Part shown: positions 12,341-25,034 of the stretch, in pieces | Position numbering within the stretch: the first letter of the stretch is position 1 | Layout: each line of letters starts with the position of its first letter | Origin: Girardia tigrina | Lineage: Eukaryota | Assembly: GCA_001938485.1 (NCBI GenBank) | Contig: MQRK01223681.1 | Span: 1 to 55,130 of the forward strand | DNA: 55,130 bases | Direction: 5' to 3' | The notes under the pieces: model-generated | The model's database searches: none | What the model was told of the DNA's origin: nothing | The model's input: the letters and a program-made list of their open reading frames with translations, nothing else | Made by a program: the position numbers and the translations under genes

Positions 12341-13580
12341 TATATATATACACATAATCTCATAAAGTGATTAATTATTCTTTGATGCGTAAGATTGGAT
12401 GAAATTAAATTCATTACACGAGTGATGAAAATTAAATTGTTTCAGTTTTTTTATTTAAAAAATTATTTCTTTATTATTAATTAAATTTCTACAAAAAATA
12501 AACAGCTTTCTGGTAAAATAAAATTATGTTACGATTTTTCTTTATTTTATCATTAAATTTACTATTTTTTGTTTTTTTTGTCATTAATATTTAAAAATAG
12601 GAATAAATTTTATTATTATTTAATATTTATAATCATTTAGATAACAGAAAAATATTTATTTTTTTCTTTTCATTATTATTTAAATTCATTGACTTATATT
12701 ATTCTTCATAAAATATGTTTTTTTTTAATTTACAAATATTTTTAAATTAATATTATAGTGATAAAATATAGATTTTTCCCTTTTAAATATTTTAATATAA
12801 TAAAATAAAATAAATAAAAAATCATAATTTAAAGACTGGATCTGTCCGTGATCAAGGTAATAAAAAATGAGTCAAAATTCAATCCAAACAATTCAAAAGC
12901 AAAAATTCTAAATTAAAAAATTAAAATTGAAAAAAAATCATCAAAATTTCGTGAGAAAATTACCAGAAAATTTCTTTATTTCTCTCATTTCCTTTTAACT
13001 ATTATAAATTTATTCCTTTTTATTATTCCCCTTTAATAATTAAAATATATTGTTATATTATTATTTATTCTTACATATTACTTTTGTTCAATTACACCTA
13101 AATAAATAAATATTAAAATAATTATTTATTATTATATTTTTATTACTTTATCAACTTCCATCAAAAGTTTAATTCAAATATTTGATAATTTTAGTGATAT
13201 TTTTTTTTCAAAGATTTCCTATTTTTTTGTGATATTTTTATGAAAAAAATTATAACATTTTAGTTGAAATTTGATAATTAAATGAATTTGGGATTTTCCC
13301 CCGCTTCTTATCTACTAAAAATAATATAATATGAAATGTATAAGCAAAAAAAATCACAAATTTTAAATTATAACATCTAATTTTGTGAAAATTATTAAGC
13401 ATAATTATTTAACAGGTATATATTTTTGCTAAGTTTTTACAAAGATGCCAATATTTTTTTAAATGCTTTGTTAATAATAATTTAATAATATAATACTAAT
13501 TTAAAACACTTTTTTTCAAAAAATTCTTATAAAAATCAGATATGTATTTTTTTTAAAAAAAGTACTAGGTTACAAGTAAT

Positions 13581-14318
13581 CATAGACACTCCGAAGGGGG
13601 GCAACACCCCCCTGGAATAAAAAATTAAATATACACAAAAAAGAAAATATAACTAGGAAATTAAATTTCATAGAAGATGCTACATTTTGGTTTGCATATT
13701 GGAACGATAAACCAATAAATGAGATTCAAAATCTGAGTTTCTTAGATTTAATACAGCATTCGTCAGTATTTTATCCTTCTGTTTCTTTGGCCCTTACTCT
13801 GGCATTGACACTTCCAGATATTAATTGTACAAAAGAGAGGTCCTTAAATACTCTATACATGTTTTAAACCTGGGTACGGCCAACTATGGTAGAGAATAGA
13901 CTGAATGGCCTTTGCAAGATGAGTGTCCATCGTCATATAATAGACGAAATTCAAGAACAATATTATATAAATGTTCTTAATCGGTTTGCGTTGGAAAAGA
14001 GAAGGTTGCAATTTCTTTTCATGGAATAATATGTGGTTGTAAACAAAACATTTTAGTAAAAAAATGAGTCTTCTAATAAATATAAATTTGAATATTTTAT
14101 TTTAATGTTGTTTATTATGTGAGCTGTGGTTTATAATTGTGATTTATGTTTTTTATGATTTCTAAATTGATGAGAAGGAAAATAAATAGGAAAATAAATT
14201 GCTATATTTAAAAAATTCTACCCAGTACAAGTTTTAAAATTTGCTCTCCATTGAAAAATTCTACCTAAGGAAAATTTTTATTTGCCCCCCCTTGGAAAAA
14301 ATCCTGCGGGCGCCTAGG
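13581..14318 (+). mobile_element. Internally deleted hAT transposon (Tip100-like ends)
   Basis: Ends catagacactccgaaggggggcaa / ttgcccccccttggaaaaaatcctgcgggcgcctagg; 8-bp TSD caagtaat/catgtaat; retains dimerization-domain remnant LALTLP...ERS...TWVRPTMVENRLNGLCKMSVHR...NRFALEKRRLQF. Confidence 0.88.
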
Positions 14319-14773
14319 CATGTAATTTATTTATAGAAGTTCTTTTATTGAAATACTTTGCAAATTTTTGTTTTTAAACAAGAATTATTGTTTGATGACT
14401 TCAAAGTAAAAGCTTTTACAGTTTGGTTTGTAATTATTCGATGAAACAATGAAAATTGACATGCTGATTTATGTATTTTTTTGGGGTTATTATACGCTTG
14501 AAGCTCACATCTACTCCTCCTGTAGCGAAAAACGTGTCTATCATCGAAAAAATGTCCTGGAAGGGCGATGAAAACTTCCAGGGCACTGCTCATTGATTGA
14601 AATATATCGTTTCTAATAAAGAATTAAATTTTCATTGTGCTTTATCTTTTTGTTTTTTTTATCTATGTATCTATTTTTTATGCCTCTGGACTAAAATCTG
14701 GGTTTTTATCATTTAGGCTTTAAGCACTTAGCATCATTTAAAAACTTAGCATTTTTAAAAGAAAAACTAAGCA

Positions 14774-15211
14774 TATTAAGAACAGCAACATGGGTTTTCG
14801 AACGTTTATTTTCATTACAATTTTAATTACTTTTTAGACAATTCTCAGCCAAGTTTTCAGAATTTGACATCGTTCTTAATTGAAAATTTTTTGTTAATAA
14901 ACAATTATTCGAACGAATTTTCATTTTAAATCATTTCAGATTTTATTTTTAAAAATTCTACTTTTATAATTTCGGTAATAATTTTATTTAAAAATTAATT
15001 TTATTTTAAAAATGATTTTGTTTAAAGAAACACATTTATTGACTTAAAATTAAAAACAAGTTAGTTATTTAGTTTATTTAAATTTTTGATATTAACATTT
15101 GAAACAATTTAATATTTTAAAAGTTTAATATTTGTTTCAACAAATCAAAACATAAAAATTTGTGTTATTTAATATTCCAAATTTATATCAAAATTAAAAA
15201 ATATCTACACA
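14774..15211 (-). mobile_element. Solo-LTR-like element, copy 3 (5' part degraded)
   Basis: 14774-15130 closely matches 28499-28850; 5' boundary and TSD uncertain. Confidence 0.8.
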
Positions 15212-16342
15212 ATATCGAAAAATACAAGTAATAAAATCAATAAAAAATGGGAAAAGAATAAAAAACAAAATTTGATAAAATACAAAAGAAATCAAAAAAA
15301 TGAAATTATTTTTTAAATATAAATTAATATTCACAAACTTAGAGATAAAAAAATATTTTTATATACCTATTTTTTATGATAAAAGTTATTAAAATTTGAA
15401 AGAAAAATATATTTAATGATTCTGTGATTTTAGATGAGGAAAACGGAAAAATTCCTAAAACTATAGGAGGAATTCGTTTCAAATACATTAAAATATCGAA
15501 CCTTGAATAAAAAAAAGAATTTTTGGGATAATATTTTTAAATTGCAATATTTATTAATTGTTACATCTCTTTTCCTAAGACTGTTTTCAAACTTGTCATT
15601 CTCCCGTCAAAGGAATGCAATGGAAATCATGTTTCGAAAATTTTTTTTTAATGTTAATCATTTAACTTTTATTTTTAATTATAATTTCTTTTCAATTTCG
15701 GTTTTAAATTGAAATATTTTAAAATTAAATCATACTTGAAATAGTTTTTTTAATCTATCAAAATTTATTAATACTTGTATCAATTTTTATTCTTTTTTAA
15801 TATAGTTTCTTACCGATATCAAGGAATGTTTTAAAAGATAATTAAAATATAGGATTTTGTAGAACAAGCTTAACCAAAATGGAAAGTTTTTTTAATATAA
15901 CTTTTCTTAAAGAATTCATGTAAACCAACATGAAAATATTGATGGTAGCAGAGATATGACGCATTTTAATTTCATTCCGTTGTTTGAGCTGGACTCATTT
16001 TAAATTTAGTTGGTTGTTATTGCTTTAAATTATTTAAATAATCATTTAGAAAATTTTTTTTCTTTCAAAAAAAAACTTTCGAAAAACGATAACAACCAAA
16101 ACAACTTAATCCAATCAAAATATTTTCTTTTCAAAATTCAAATAAATAAATTCGTTCAACATATTTTAATCGATAAACTTTAAAATCGTTCACTCAAAAA
16201 TAGTTCGAGAAATTACAATCGCTCAGCAAAATAATTTGTAACGGACAAAAAATCGAATCAAAATTATAAGTTCGTAGAACTAAAAATTCGTAAAATAAAA
16301 ACATAAGAAAGTGATTTTAAATCATTGACAAATCTTGCTCTA

Positions 16343-16360
16343 ATTGGTCGACCAATCAGA
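16343..16360. promoter_or_regulatory. Back-to-back CCAAT boxes
   Basis: attggtcgaccaatcaga: palindromic double CCAAT in a CpG-richer patch. Confidence 0.35.
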
Positions 16361-18277
16361 GCGAGACATTTGGTTAACCTGTCTTAATGGTACACCAACA
16401 CCGGCTTTGTCGACAAAAATAATTGAAATTGACTCGATGAGTTATCTACAATAATTGAAAGGGGATTGTAAGGAATAGTAGCTATATTTTAATATAGATA
16501 TTTTAATTTCAATATATTTCGTAATATAAGTCAATATAAGTCGTAATTACAAAAAACAATAAATACACATTAAAAACACGCTATATAAATTTCTATATAT
16601 ATTTACTATATACATATTTGCAATACGGTTAAATTTAAAAAATTGAAAAATTACAACTCTTAAAAAAGAACTTTGTTTAAATATTCTAAAATTTAAAAAA
16701 GCAACATTTTTTTATTAGAACAAATTTTATTTATGGACTCTAATTTTGATGAGGTTTGTGCTGCAAACAGCTTTTCTAACAGGGATAATTACATTTAATT
16801 ATTTAATTTAATTCTCTTATTTTTTTAACTTAAATTATTTTTATATCATTAATATGAAAAGCGGCAAATAAATCAGCAATTGTCAACCAAAGTAAGGCAC
16901 AAACATTCAACATAAAATACAAAAAATCAAGTCTTTGACAAACTTAAAAAAAACATTGGTGAATTGAAATTATCTTTTAGTTAAGGAGAAGGAGACTTTG
17001 AATATAATTAATAATGAAAAAAAACGTGGCGCCCCTTCAATATTCCTAAAATTTAAATATTATTAATTCTCCCCTATTATAGTGATTTATTTAATGGAGC
17101 ACAAAATCGTAGATCATATTATGTAAAAATAAACATTACAAAAATATACTGATCCATCATTTTTGAAACCGATTTTATTTTTCTTTCTTGTTTGTATACA
17201 AAAAGGATATGTTGGTAATAATTGCGTGTCCCATTTAAAATGATCTGTGGTAATATTTTATTTATATTTTTAATAATAAAGAGCAGCATAAAATATTGAT
17301 TAAAATGAAAAATGCTATATTTTTTTCTAGGATCAGAAGTGGATGATGATGTAAAATATTCCATCGAAATATATTGCAATAAACTATGTTATTATTATTT
17401 ATAATATAAAATTTTTTTATAAATCTATATTTTTAAGTGATAAATAAAAATTTTGAAATTTTTTAAAGTTGTAAAAGAATAAAAGTGTGAAAATTAAACG
17501 CAAAAAATCATAATTATGAGTTGTAAAATTTAAAAAATTTATTTTTTAAGTTAGGATACTTTAATAAAATTCGGAAATTATTTAGATATTATATATTTCA
17601 TTTACTTTTAAGTATTTCATTTTACCAATCTATTCAACAATATTATTAATTTAAATTAAATAACGATTAAATTAGAACATTAATTAACGATTTATTGTAG
17701 GACCGAGATATCGGTGGCATCCATCAAATTTTATAAAAAAGAAATAATAATAAAAGAATAAAAATTTGTAAGTTTTAAAAGCAAATTGTCAAGACTTAGT
17801 TTTTTTTACGTATTTTAATGCTCCACATTTAGTTTTGAAAAACAGAAAATTCCAGAATTAAATAAATAATATTTTCTTGATTATCAGATTAAATTTTACA
17901 CAGAATTGCCAAACAACAAACCTAATTTTACACAAGGATTGCGATTCATTGCTTCTGTACCAGCATATGTTCTATATGACAAATATTATTTCTGATATCA
18001 AAATTTTCTGTAAACATTTATTTGAAGAAAACTATTGTTTTCGGAAGCTAATCCTTATTAAGAACACAAGATATCTTAATAGGACGACTATGGACAATAA
18101 ACATTGGTAAAAATAAATGTCTTTGCTCAATGTGACCATCCTTTTTTACACAAATTTGAAAGTACATTATTGTATATTAAATACATTTATTTTTTTTCTA
18201 GAAACGTATAAAACGTTCAATTATCTTGCTGAAGAAAAATATTTTACTTTGATTTAATATTTGTATGGTATTCGGTC

Positions 18278-18810
18278 TGTGAGGAATATTTTAAATTTAG
18301 TATGTTGAAATTGGTTTGTTGAATTTTGTATGTTCAATTTATATTTGGAAATGTGTTTCTCCCACCCAGATGGAAAATTGATATTTTAGATGTTCACGAT
18401 AAATAATTATTCGAGTATAAATTACATTTGAAAGTACAACATAAGATATTTAAAAAACTTTAAAAATATTAAATCGCTTCAAATTTTAATATTAAAAATT
18501 TAAATAAAGTAAATAACTTTTAACTAAGTTTTAAATTAAATAAATGTTCTTTCTTTAAATAAAATAATTTTTTAAATAAAATTAATATGTAGATAAAATT
18601 ATTACTAAAATTACAAAATTTCAACTTTAAAAATAAAATCTGAAAATAATGAAAAATTTGTTCGAATAATTGTTTAATAAAAAACATTAACTAAAATTTA
18701 TCAATTTAGAACGATGTCGAATGACGAAAGCTTTGCTGAGAGTTGTCCAAAAGACAATTCTAATTGTATTGAAAATAAAAGTTCGAAAAGCCATGTTGGT
18801 GATCTTAATA
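18278..18810 (+). mobile_element. Solo-LTR-like element, copy 4
   Basis: tgtgaggaata...gatcttaata with perfect 5-bp TSD cggtc (18273-18277, 18811-18815). Confidence 0.93.
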
Positions 18811-19181
18811 CGGTCAAATACGAGGCTTGTCCAAAATGAAACCGAACTTTTATTATAACAGAATAATAACTTTATTTTACGAGTTGCAAATGTTTGTCTC
18901 TGTTAATTCTATTTCCTAGGAAACTAGAGGATACTGAATAACTGTCTGGTCAAACTTCCTAAAACACTTTTAATACAAATAAATATATAATAATATAGTA
19001 TTAGTGGCGCGACAGCAGGCGCAGTTTGATGGCCGCCGTGTGTTGGTATTGGGGAATGATCTGCGGGATGCGGGGAGCTCAAATTCAACATAATCTTACT
19101 GCCATCATCATCGCTCCTGACTCGCTCATCTCGATCGCCAGCACCCTGCGGCTCGCCGTTCCAGCGTCGTCTTGAGTAACT

Positions 19182-19727
19182 CCAGGCCACAATCTCTACG
19201 AATCACTATCAATGATGTCAGCCAATACAATTTCTCTCCAATTTTTTTCTGAAATTTCAAAATCGCGATTGTCATTTCCGACATTACTCGAATATCTCTC
19301 TCTGATATAATCCGTTGCTTCGGCCTGATCTTAAGTTCAACCGCAACTAACTGCTCATATGACCATCGCGGATCGTGATTGGTATCATCTTTGAAGAACG
19401 TTTCTTGTTTAACGGGACAAAATTTATAACCCTCCGGAACACTGATATTTCTCTTTAGAAAAGATCCCGTAGCGATCCTTCTCCTGACTCACTCAATCGG
19501 AATCATATAACATCTTTTAGCAATAAAAAATTCGAAAATATGAGTCGCCGTTTTCGTACTAATCCCCACTTTCCCTTTCATCGAGTGGCTCTTCATACCG
19601 TCACCGGCGGTTATTTTGTCTTTGGACACAATTAAACACAAACCGTCAGAATCCGGTATTTGTAAACGATCTTTGTTTTTCTTTCTTTTATCGCTTTGCC
19701 GCCATTCATATTTTCAACGATCTCCAT
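19182..19727 (-). pseudogene. PAICS: PAICS (SAICAR synthetase domain) pseudogene, intronless, 5' half
   Basis: SKDKITAGDG, MIPIE*VRRRIATGSFLKRN, EGYKFCP...FFKDDTNHDPRWS, IVLADIIDSDS*RLWP; frameshifts, Trp-to-stop changes and internal deletions. Confidence 0.93.
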
Positions 19728-19932
19728 TTCTTATCAATTTAACCTTGAATTAAAGAAAAAAATTCTCCGCGCCAAACTTTATTTTTTATTAAACGTTTTT
19801 ACAAAAAATGGCGACTCAAACTACAATTTTATATTTTTTGCGCCGAATAATTTTCAAAGATCGATTTAAACAAATCGAATTAAATCATATCGAAAATTAA
19901 TAATAATATCTCGATAATTACTATTAATAACT

Positions 19933-19942
19933 GGCCAATCAG
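19933..19942. promoter_or_regulatory. CCAAT box upstream of the PAICS relic
   Basis: ggccaatcag about 205 bp upstream of the ATG; a YY1-like aaaatggcg lies at ~19805-19813. Confidence 0.4.
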
Positions 19943-20461
19943 AAAGGCCGAATACAAAATTCATAAAAGAGTACAAAATCCGATCTACCTCATCGGCCAT
20001 TGTGGCAACTTTGATTAATTTTTTGTGATTTTGGCTATCATGCCATTTTTCTTTATTATACTTTTCCTTAGTTCTTTTATTTATTTATTTTCTTTTCAAA
20101 TGACCCCAATTTCATTATTCTCACAATGAAAAAAAATAATATAACAAAGCGAATTTACATTTTCAACTGAACCATTTCGACATTCACAACAAAAGAAATA
20201 TAAGCAAGATTTTTTTAACAGCTTCTTTGCTTATGAAATCTCCCATTATTGAATCAAAAAAAAGAAAATAAATAAAGTATCGATTGACTTTCTTCATAGA
20301 TACGGTTTAATCGGGTCGATAGAATTCGTTTAATTTCATTCATCTCTCCATCGAATATCGATTTGATTTCGGATTCGATTTATTTTGTCGAAAATGTCTC
20401 AATTTCAACACCGAATTGATCAAATTGATTCTATCGATTATTTCCGTTCGATCGGTTGATA

Positions 20462-21001
20462 CTGTCGCTGACATTTAACAATATCAATGTAGACAGTTAA
20501 TAATAATTCTATAATCTAAAGTACAAAGAATTAATCAATTATCCAATGAAAAACAAGACACACTTACCAAATTAGACAATNNNNNNNNNNNNNNNNNCTT
20601 AACAATATCAAATAATATAGAAAAATAAAGTCTACCCCCAAACATACATAACTTACACTCAAATACATACATACACGTACAACAAACACACATAATTTTA
20701 CAGACATTTAACAATAATTTGGACATTTAAGAATATAAGTAACAATTGAAAATGATTGTTACACGTGTATTTAATTTCTAACCATATACACACATTAGTA
20801 AATACACACACATACTCGCATTTGCATATATACAGCATACATGTATGTAAATCAATTACAATTATTTTAATCATTACACACATTGACACACACCTCGTAT
20901 AGTTGTCGTGTTGTAGTGTCAACAAACATCACCACAACTTGATATAATTGGATATGATATTCTTAACTGTCTACATTGATATTGTTAAATGTCAGCGACA
21001 G
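20462..21001. mobile_element. MITE with perfect 39-bp TIRs and TA flanks
   Basis: ctgtcgctgacatttaacaatatcaatgtagacagttaa and its exact reverse complement at 20963-21001; CA-rich interior. Confidence 0.88.
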
Positions 21002-21169
21002 TATTTAATTTTGCAATTTTTGATTATATCCTCGATAACTTGCTACAAGTGTCTCAATTGATCGGGAGAAAAGGTGGGGAATTTGAAATTGAAGCTGGTT
21101 AAATGTGTTGGGCGACAAATTCAATATTTTCAGGATCAAATGGATCAACCAAAAATATTGAAATCGTGA

Positions 21170-21653
21170 CGAAGGTTCGGCTCCTGGCAAGCAAGTGTCT
21201 CCGAGCCCCCCTTTTTCTCACTCAGAATCAAACAATTAGATAAATGAATAGTGTAGTGAAATTAATTTAATAAATTACTCCAACTAAACGGACAAAAAGA
21301 AAATCAAACACACACTGATAAAGGTTGGTTAAATGTAAATGTGAGAACCTCGGATCAGTTGAAGTGAAGAGTGAAGGAGTCAATACCAATAAGAACCTTA
21401 CAATAGTCACTGCCGAAAAAATATTGATCAGGAACAAACCCAGGAATGCCTGGTAAGTCGAATTGTGAAATGAGAAGACTGATTGAGAAAACGATTATTG
21501 TATGGATCGGATCGGACTGAGGCTTTCATACGAGCGGATCGGATTTGAGAAATGATATTCTTAAACTGTTTCGAGAAGTCATAGTTACATACAATGAGGG
21601 ACCGTAATAGTAATAGACTAAACTCAGGAGATTGATTTATGAGCAAAAGTAGC
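21170..21653 (-). mobile_element. Possible LINE (CR1/L2-like) 3' end
   Basis: FTIRL...W..PDQ.F.AVTI..F-like C-terminus followed by a GC-rich stem-loop (ggctcggag...gccgaacc); weak. Confidence 0.35.
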
Positions 21654-21661
21654 CTGTAGAC

Positions 21662-22090
21662 CAGTGGTTCTCAACCCGTGTTCCGCGGCACATCAGTGTT
21701 CCGCGAATCCGCTTTCAGTGTTCCGCGAAAATATCTACATTTTATCTTTAAATTTGCATTTAAGATACAAATCAAACATCACATTAATTTTCTTGCTGTT
21801 TTATTTTTGTTTATACATTTTGTATGTTAATTGCACTGTGAATGTTTAAATGTCTTTTCGTGTAAGTATTTCTTTGTTGAATAAATTTTCTTTTTTTNNN
21901 NNNNNNNNNNNNNNNNNNNNNNNNNNNNNNNNNNNNNNNNNNNNNNNNNNNNNNNNNNNNNNNNNNNNNTATTCAAAAACGAAATAATACGTTCGATAGA
22001 GAATTTTTCAATGAATTTTTTGTCAGTGTTCCGCGTAAAAAAATTCATGTGAATTGTGTTCCGCGTTTTTAAATTAGTTGAGAACCACTG
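21662..22090. mobile_element. hAT (Buster/Charlie-type) MITE
   Basis: TIR cagtggttctcaac / gttgagaaccactg; perfect 8-bp TSD ctgTAgac; five subterminal gtgttccgcg repeats. Confidence 0.95.
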
Positions 22091-22589
22091 CTGTAGACTG
22101 TTGGTTTAGTATTTGTTAGTAGGTGCAATTCACAATAGCAAATTTTAATTTCAAATATTAAATTTTCAAAAAAATGATTTCGTTATTATGGCAATATTGA
22201 TTTAAATATATTGTCATATGTAAATATTAAATATAATATATCATAATTAATAATATACGATAATAATACATAAACTTTTACTTAATACATAAATACTCGT
22301 ATAATACATAAATTTGATGTTGTAATATAAATAATCACAAATAAATAATAAATAAATAATTATCAATAAATTATTTATACAAAAAGAGTGTTTATACAGT
22401 CTCCTTCAAAATAATTATCTGTACTATCAAAACACAGCTGCCAGCGTTTTATTTTACTAATTAAATAAATCTTCATTACAAAACAGATATCATAGGAAGT
22501 TAAAGGTTACTCATTAAAAACAGTATTACATTCAAACTACATTGTGTTCTTCTTATGTCAATTAAAATTTTGGGTTTTTTTGGATAAAC

Positions 22590-22626
<37 letters not shown>

Positions 22627-22869
22627 CATCAATGAAATAAAGTGACACATTTTTTATTTTTATATAAAATATATTTTTCATTCTTTAAAACTTATTAGAT
22701 TCATTGATAGAACCAATGATCCGATTACGACGACCAACAAAGCGTGATCGATTCTCAAGGAAAACATTTGTCTTATAATTGGATGAATTTCGATAGCCAA
22801 ATTTGATTCGAGCTACTTCTGACTGGCTAAGCTCTCATCACAGACCTCTATTTCGCAGAAATTGATCCC

Positions 22870-23040
22870 AAAAAATACTCCGCTTTAATGAATTGAAAGA
22901 GCTCTCTTTTGCAGCAAGACAACGCAAGACCACACCCCGTCACACAAATCCAAAAAAGATGAAAAGTCTTGACATAATTTAGCTTCTTTACTACCCAGTT
23001 TTTAGCTTGGACCTTTTCCGTTCAATTCTACATTTTCTTC
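22870..23040 (+). mobile_element. Mariner transposase remnant
   Basis: LLQQDNARPH motif and a degenerate YP..SLDL. Confidence 0.65.
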
Positions 23041-24597
23041 GTGGCATTTTCTTATGAAGACATTCCATAATTTTGAGTTCATCTGCCTTTTCATAACAAC
23101 AACAGATGTATAATTATTTAGCGGATGATGGTGAGAGCAAAGTTTCTCTCCAAACCTAATGTGAAAGTAACAAAATACTAACAATTATACCAAAATAAAT
23201 GTCCATAGACTTAAATTTAATTTATAATTCAAATTATGAGGAGTTAGTTAAAATTTTCAATTCACAAAATAATTTATAGATTTTTTTTAATTTAAAATGA
23301 AAACAAATTAAATAAAGACATACATTTTTTAAAATTAAAAAAAATTTAAATGAATTTTTAAAAATCAACAAAAAATTAAATACAATTACATAAAACATTA
23401 AATTAATAATATAAAACAAAAAAAAAGTTTATAGTAATTAAAATCAATATATTTTAATAAGAAAATGATTAATATTTTTAAAATAAGAATTTTAAAATAA
23501 ATAATAAACTGGTTAAAATTTATAATATTTTTAAGAAATAATTTTTAATTTAATTGTTATTATGAAATTTTATAAACTTTACAATTATAATTTAAATTTT
23601 ATAAATAAATTGAAAGAAAATTTAATGAATTAATTTTGTCAAAATCATTAAACTTACCTGAAATTTGTTTAAATATGTGTATTATTTTCATTAATAAATC
23701 TTAGTGTTAAATATGACTTCTGAAATATCAAATGACTACAGTTACATAAGTATGACTAACACAACTAATTATCTAACAAATCAGAAAATACTATCGAACT
23801 ACTGTCATACCAGTAAGAAGAAAAGAAAAAGAATTAATTTTTGGAACAATCTATTTATCCAAACAATCAAGATAGTCAACTGATGCACAACCTCCATTTT
23901 GATTCTTCAGAAAAGTTGATAGTCAATAATTTTTAAATCCAAATATGACAATTATATCGATATCAAAATTTAACTGGAATTTTGCCCTGAAGATTCTATT
24001 TACTTATAAAAATATCTTAAAACATTTTTCTGATCTTTAATTGATATCAAAATTAACGGATCACTTAAGAATTATTCTCTACAAATTAGACAACTAAAAA
24101 GGAAGAGTTCAAAATAAGAAAACCATTGATATATAAATTGAATAAGTATTAAATTTTTATAGTATATTTATATTGTCGTGCTATAATAAGACATTTTTTT
24201 ATACATTTAAATTCATTTTAGTGTATTCTTTTTTGTCTTTTTCAACAAGTTCTCTAAATATTAATATTAATAAATTGAAAAAAAACAATATAAATCCTTT
24301 TAAATAAACAAAGCAACGATATTTAAAAACATTTCGAAGGTTTAACTATCATCATCATCTGATTATATAATATATAAACCTCCCGTGACTGAATTGATAA
24401 CTGAGTATCGTAGAGACTACAGTACCATCATTGGTGTACATGATAGTGAGTCATAGACGCGGTATCGGGTAGAAACCATATATAGACAATACAGATCCTA
24501 CTTATTTTCTCTCATGGCTTTAGATTTACTTTGACTTTTAAACAATCTAGTAAAAATATTGAAACATTCAACAAATTAATTAATTACAAATGGGTAT

Positions 24598-25028
24598 TGT
24601 TAAGAACACTAATTTGATTTTCAATACATTTATTGATATCTCAACTTAAATTGCCACTAGGACGATTCTCCACAAAACTTTTGTAACTAGTCATCATTCT
24701 TGAGATATAATTTTTTTTTAATTTTATTTCTAAACGCCTATTATTCAAACAAATTTAAAATACAATTTATTTACAAAATCGATTACGAAATAATTTACAA
24801 TTTAAATTACAAAATAATTTTAATTATTAAAAAACTATTTTAAATATATTAATTATGATACATTAATTAAATTTTAAAGTTATTATTTACATTTTTTAAT
24901 TTGATTAAATAATCCAACCTTTTAAAATATTTAAAATATTAATCTTCCGTCTGGGTGGGAAAAACACAATCGGAAAATAGCATAACAAACAACAATACAA
25001 TAAACACCATTCAAAAATATTCCTTACA
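24598..25028 (-). mobile_element. Solo-LTR-like element, copy 5 (TG...CA)
   Basis: Minus strand tgtaaggaata...cccacccagacgg...gttcttaaca; TSD ggtat/tgtat. Confidence 0.85.
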
Positions 25029-25034
25029 TGTATT

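Noticed and set aside
12300-13560. Short ORFs and AT-only palindromes here and in similar AT-rich tracts
   Set aside because: Low-complexity composition with no recognisable motifs.
19190-19495. TGA/TAG at Trp positions suggesting an alternative genetic code
   Set aside because: Both stop types occur together with frameshifts and deletions; simple pseudogene decay from TGG explains them.
21676-22066. Spaced gtgttccgcg repeats as a CRISPR-like array
   Set aside because: Short, irregular subterminal repeats inside an hAT MITE; eukaryotic context and no cas genes.
24358-24597. Second Helitron upstream of LTR copy 5
   Set aside because: Only vague 5' TC-AT-rich and 3' end similarity; no clear hairpin or CTAG.
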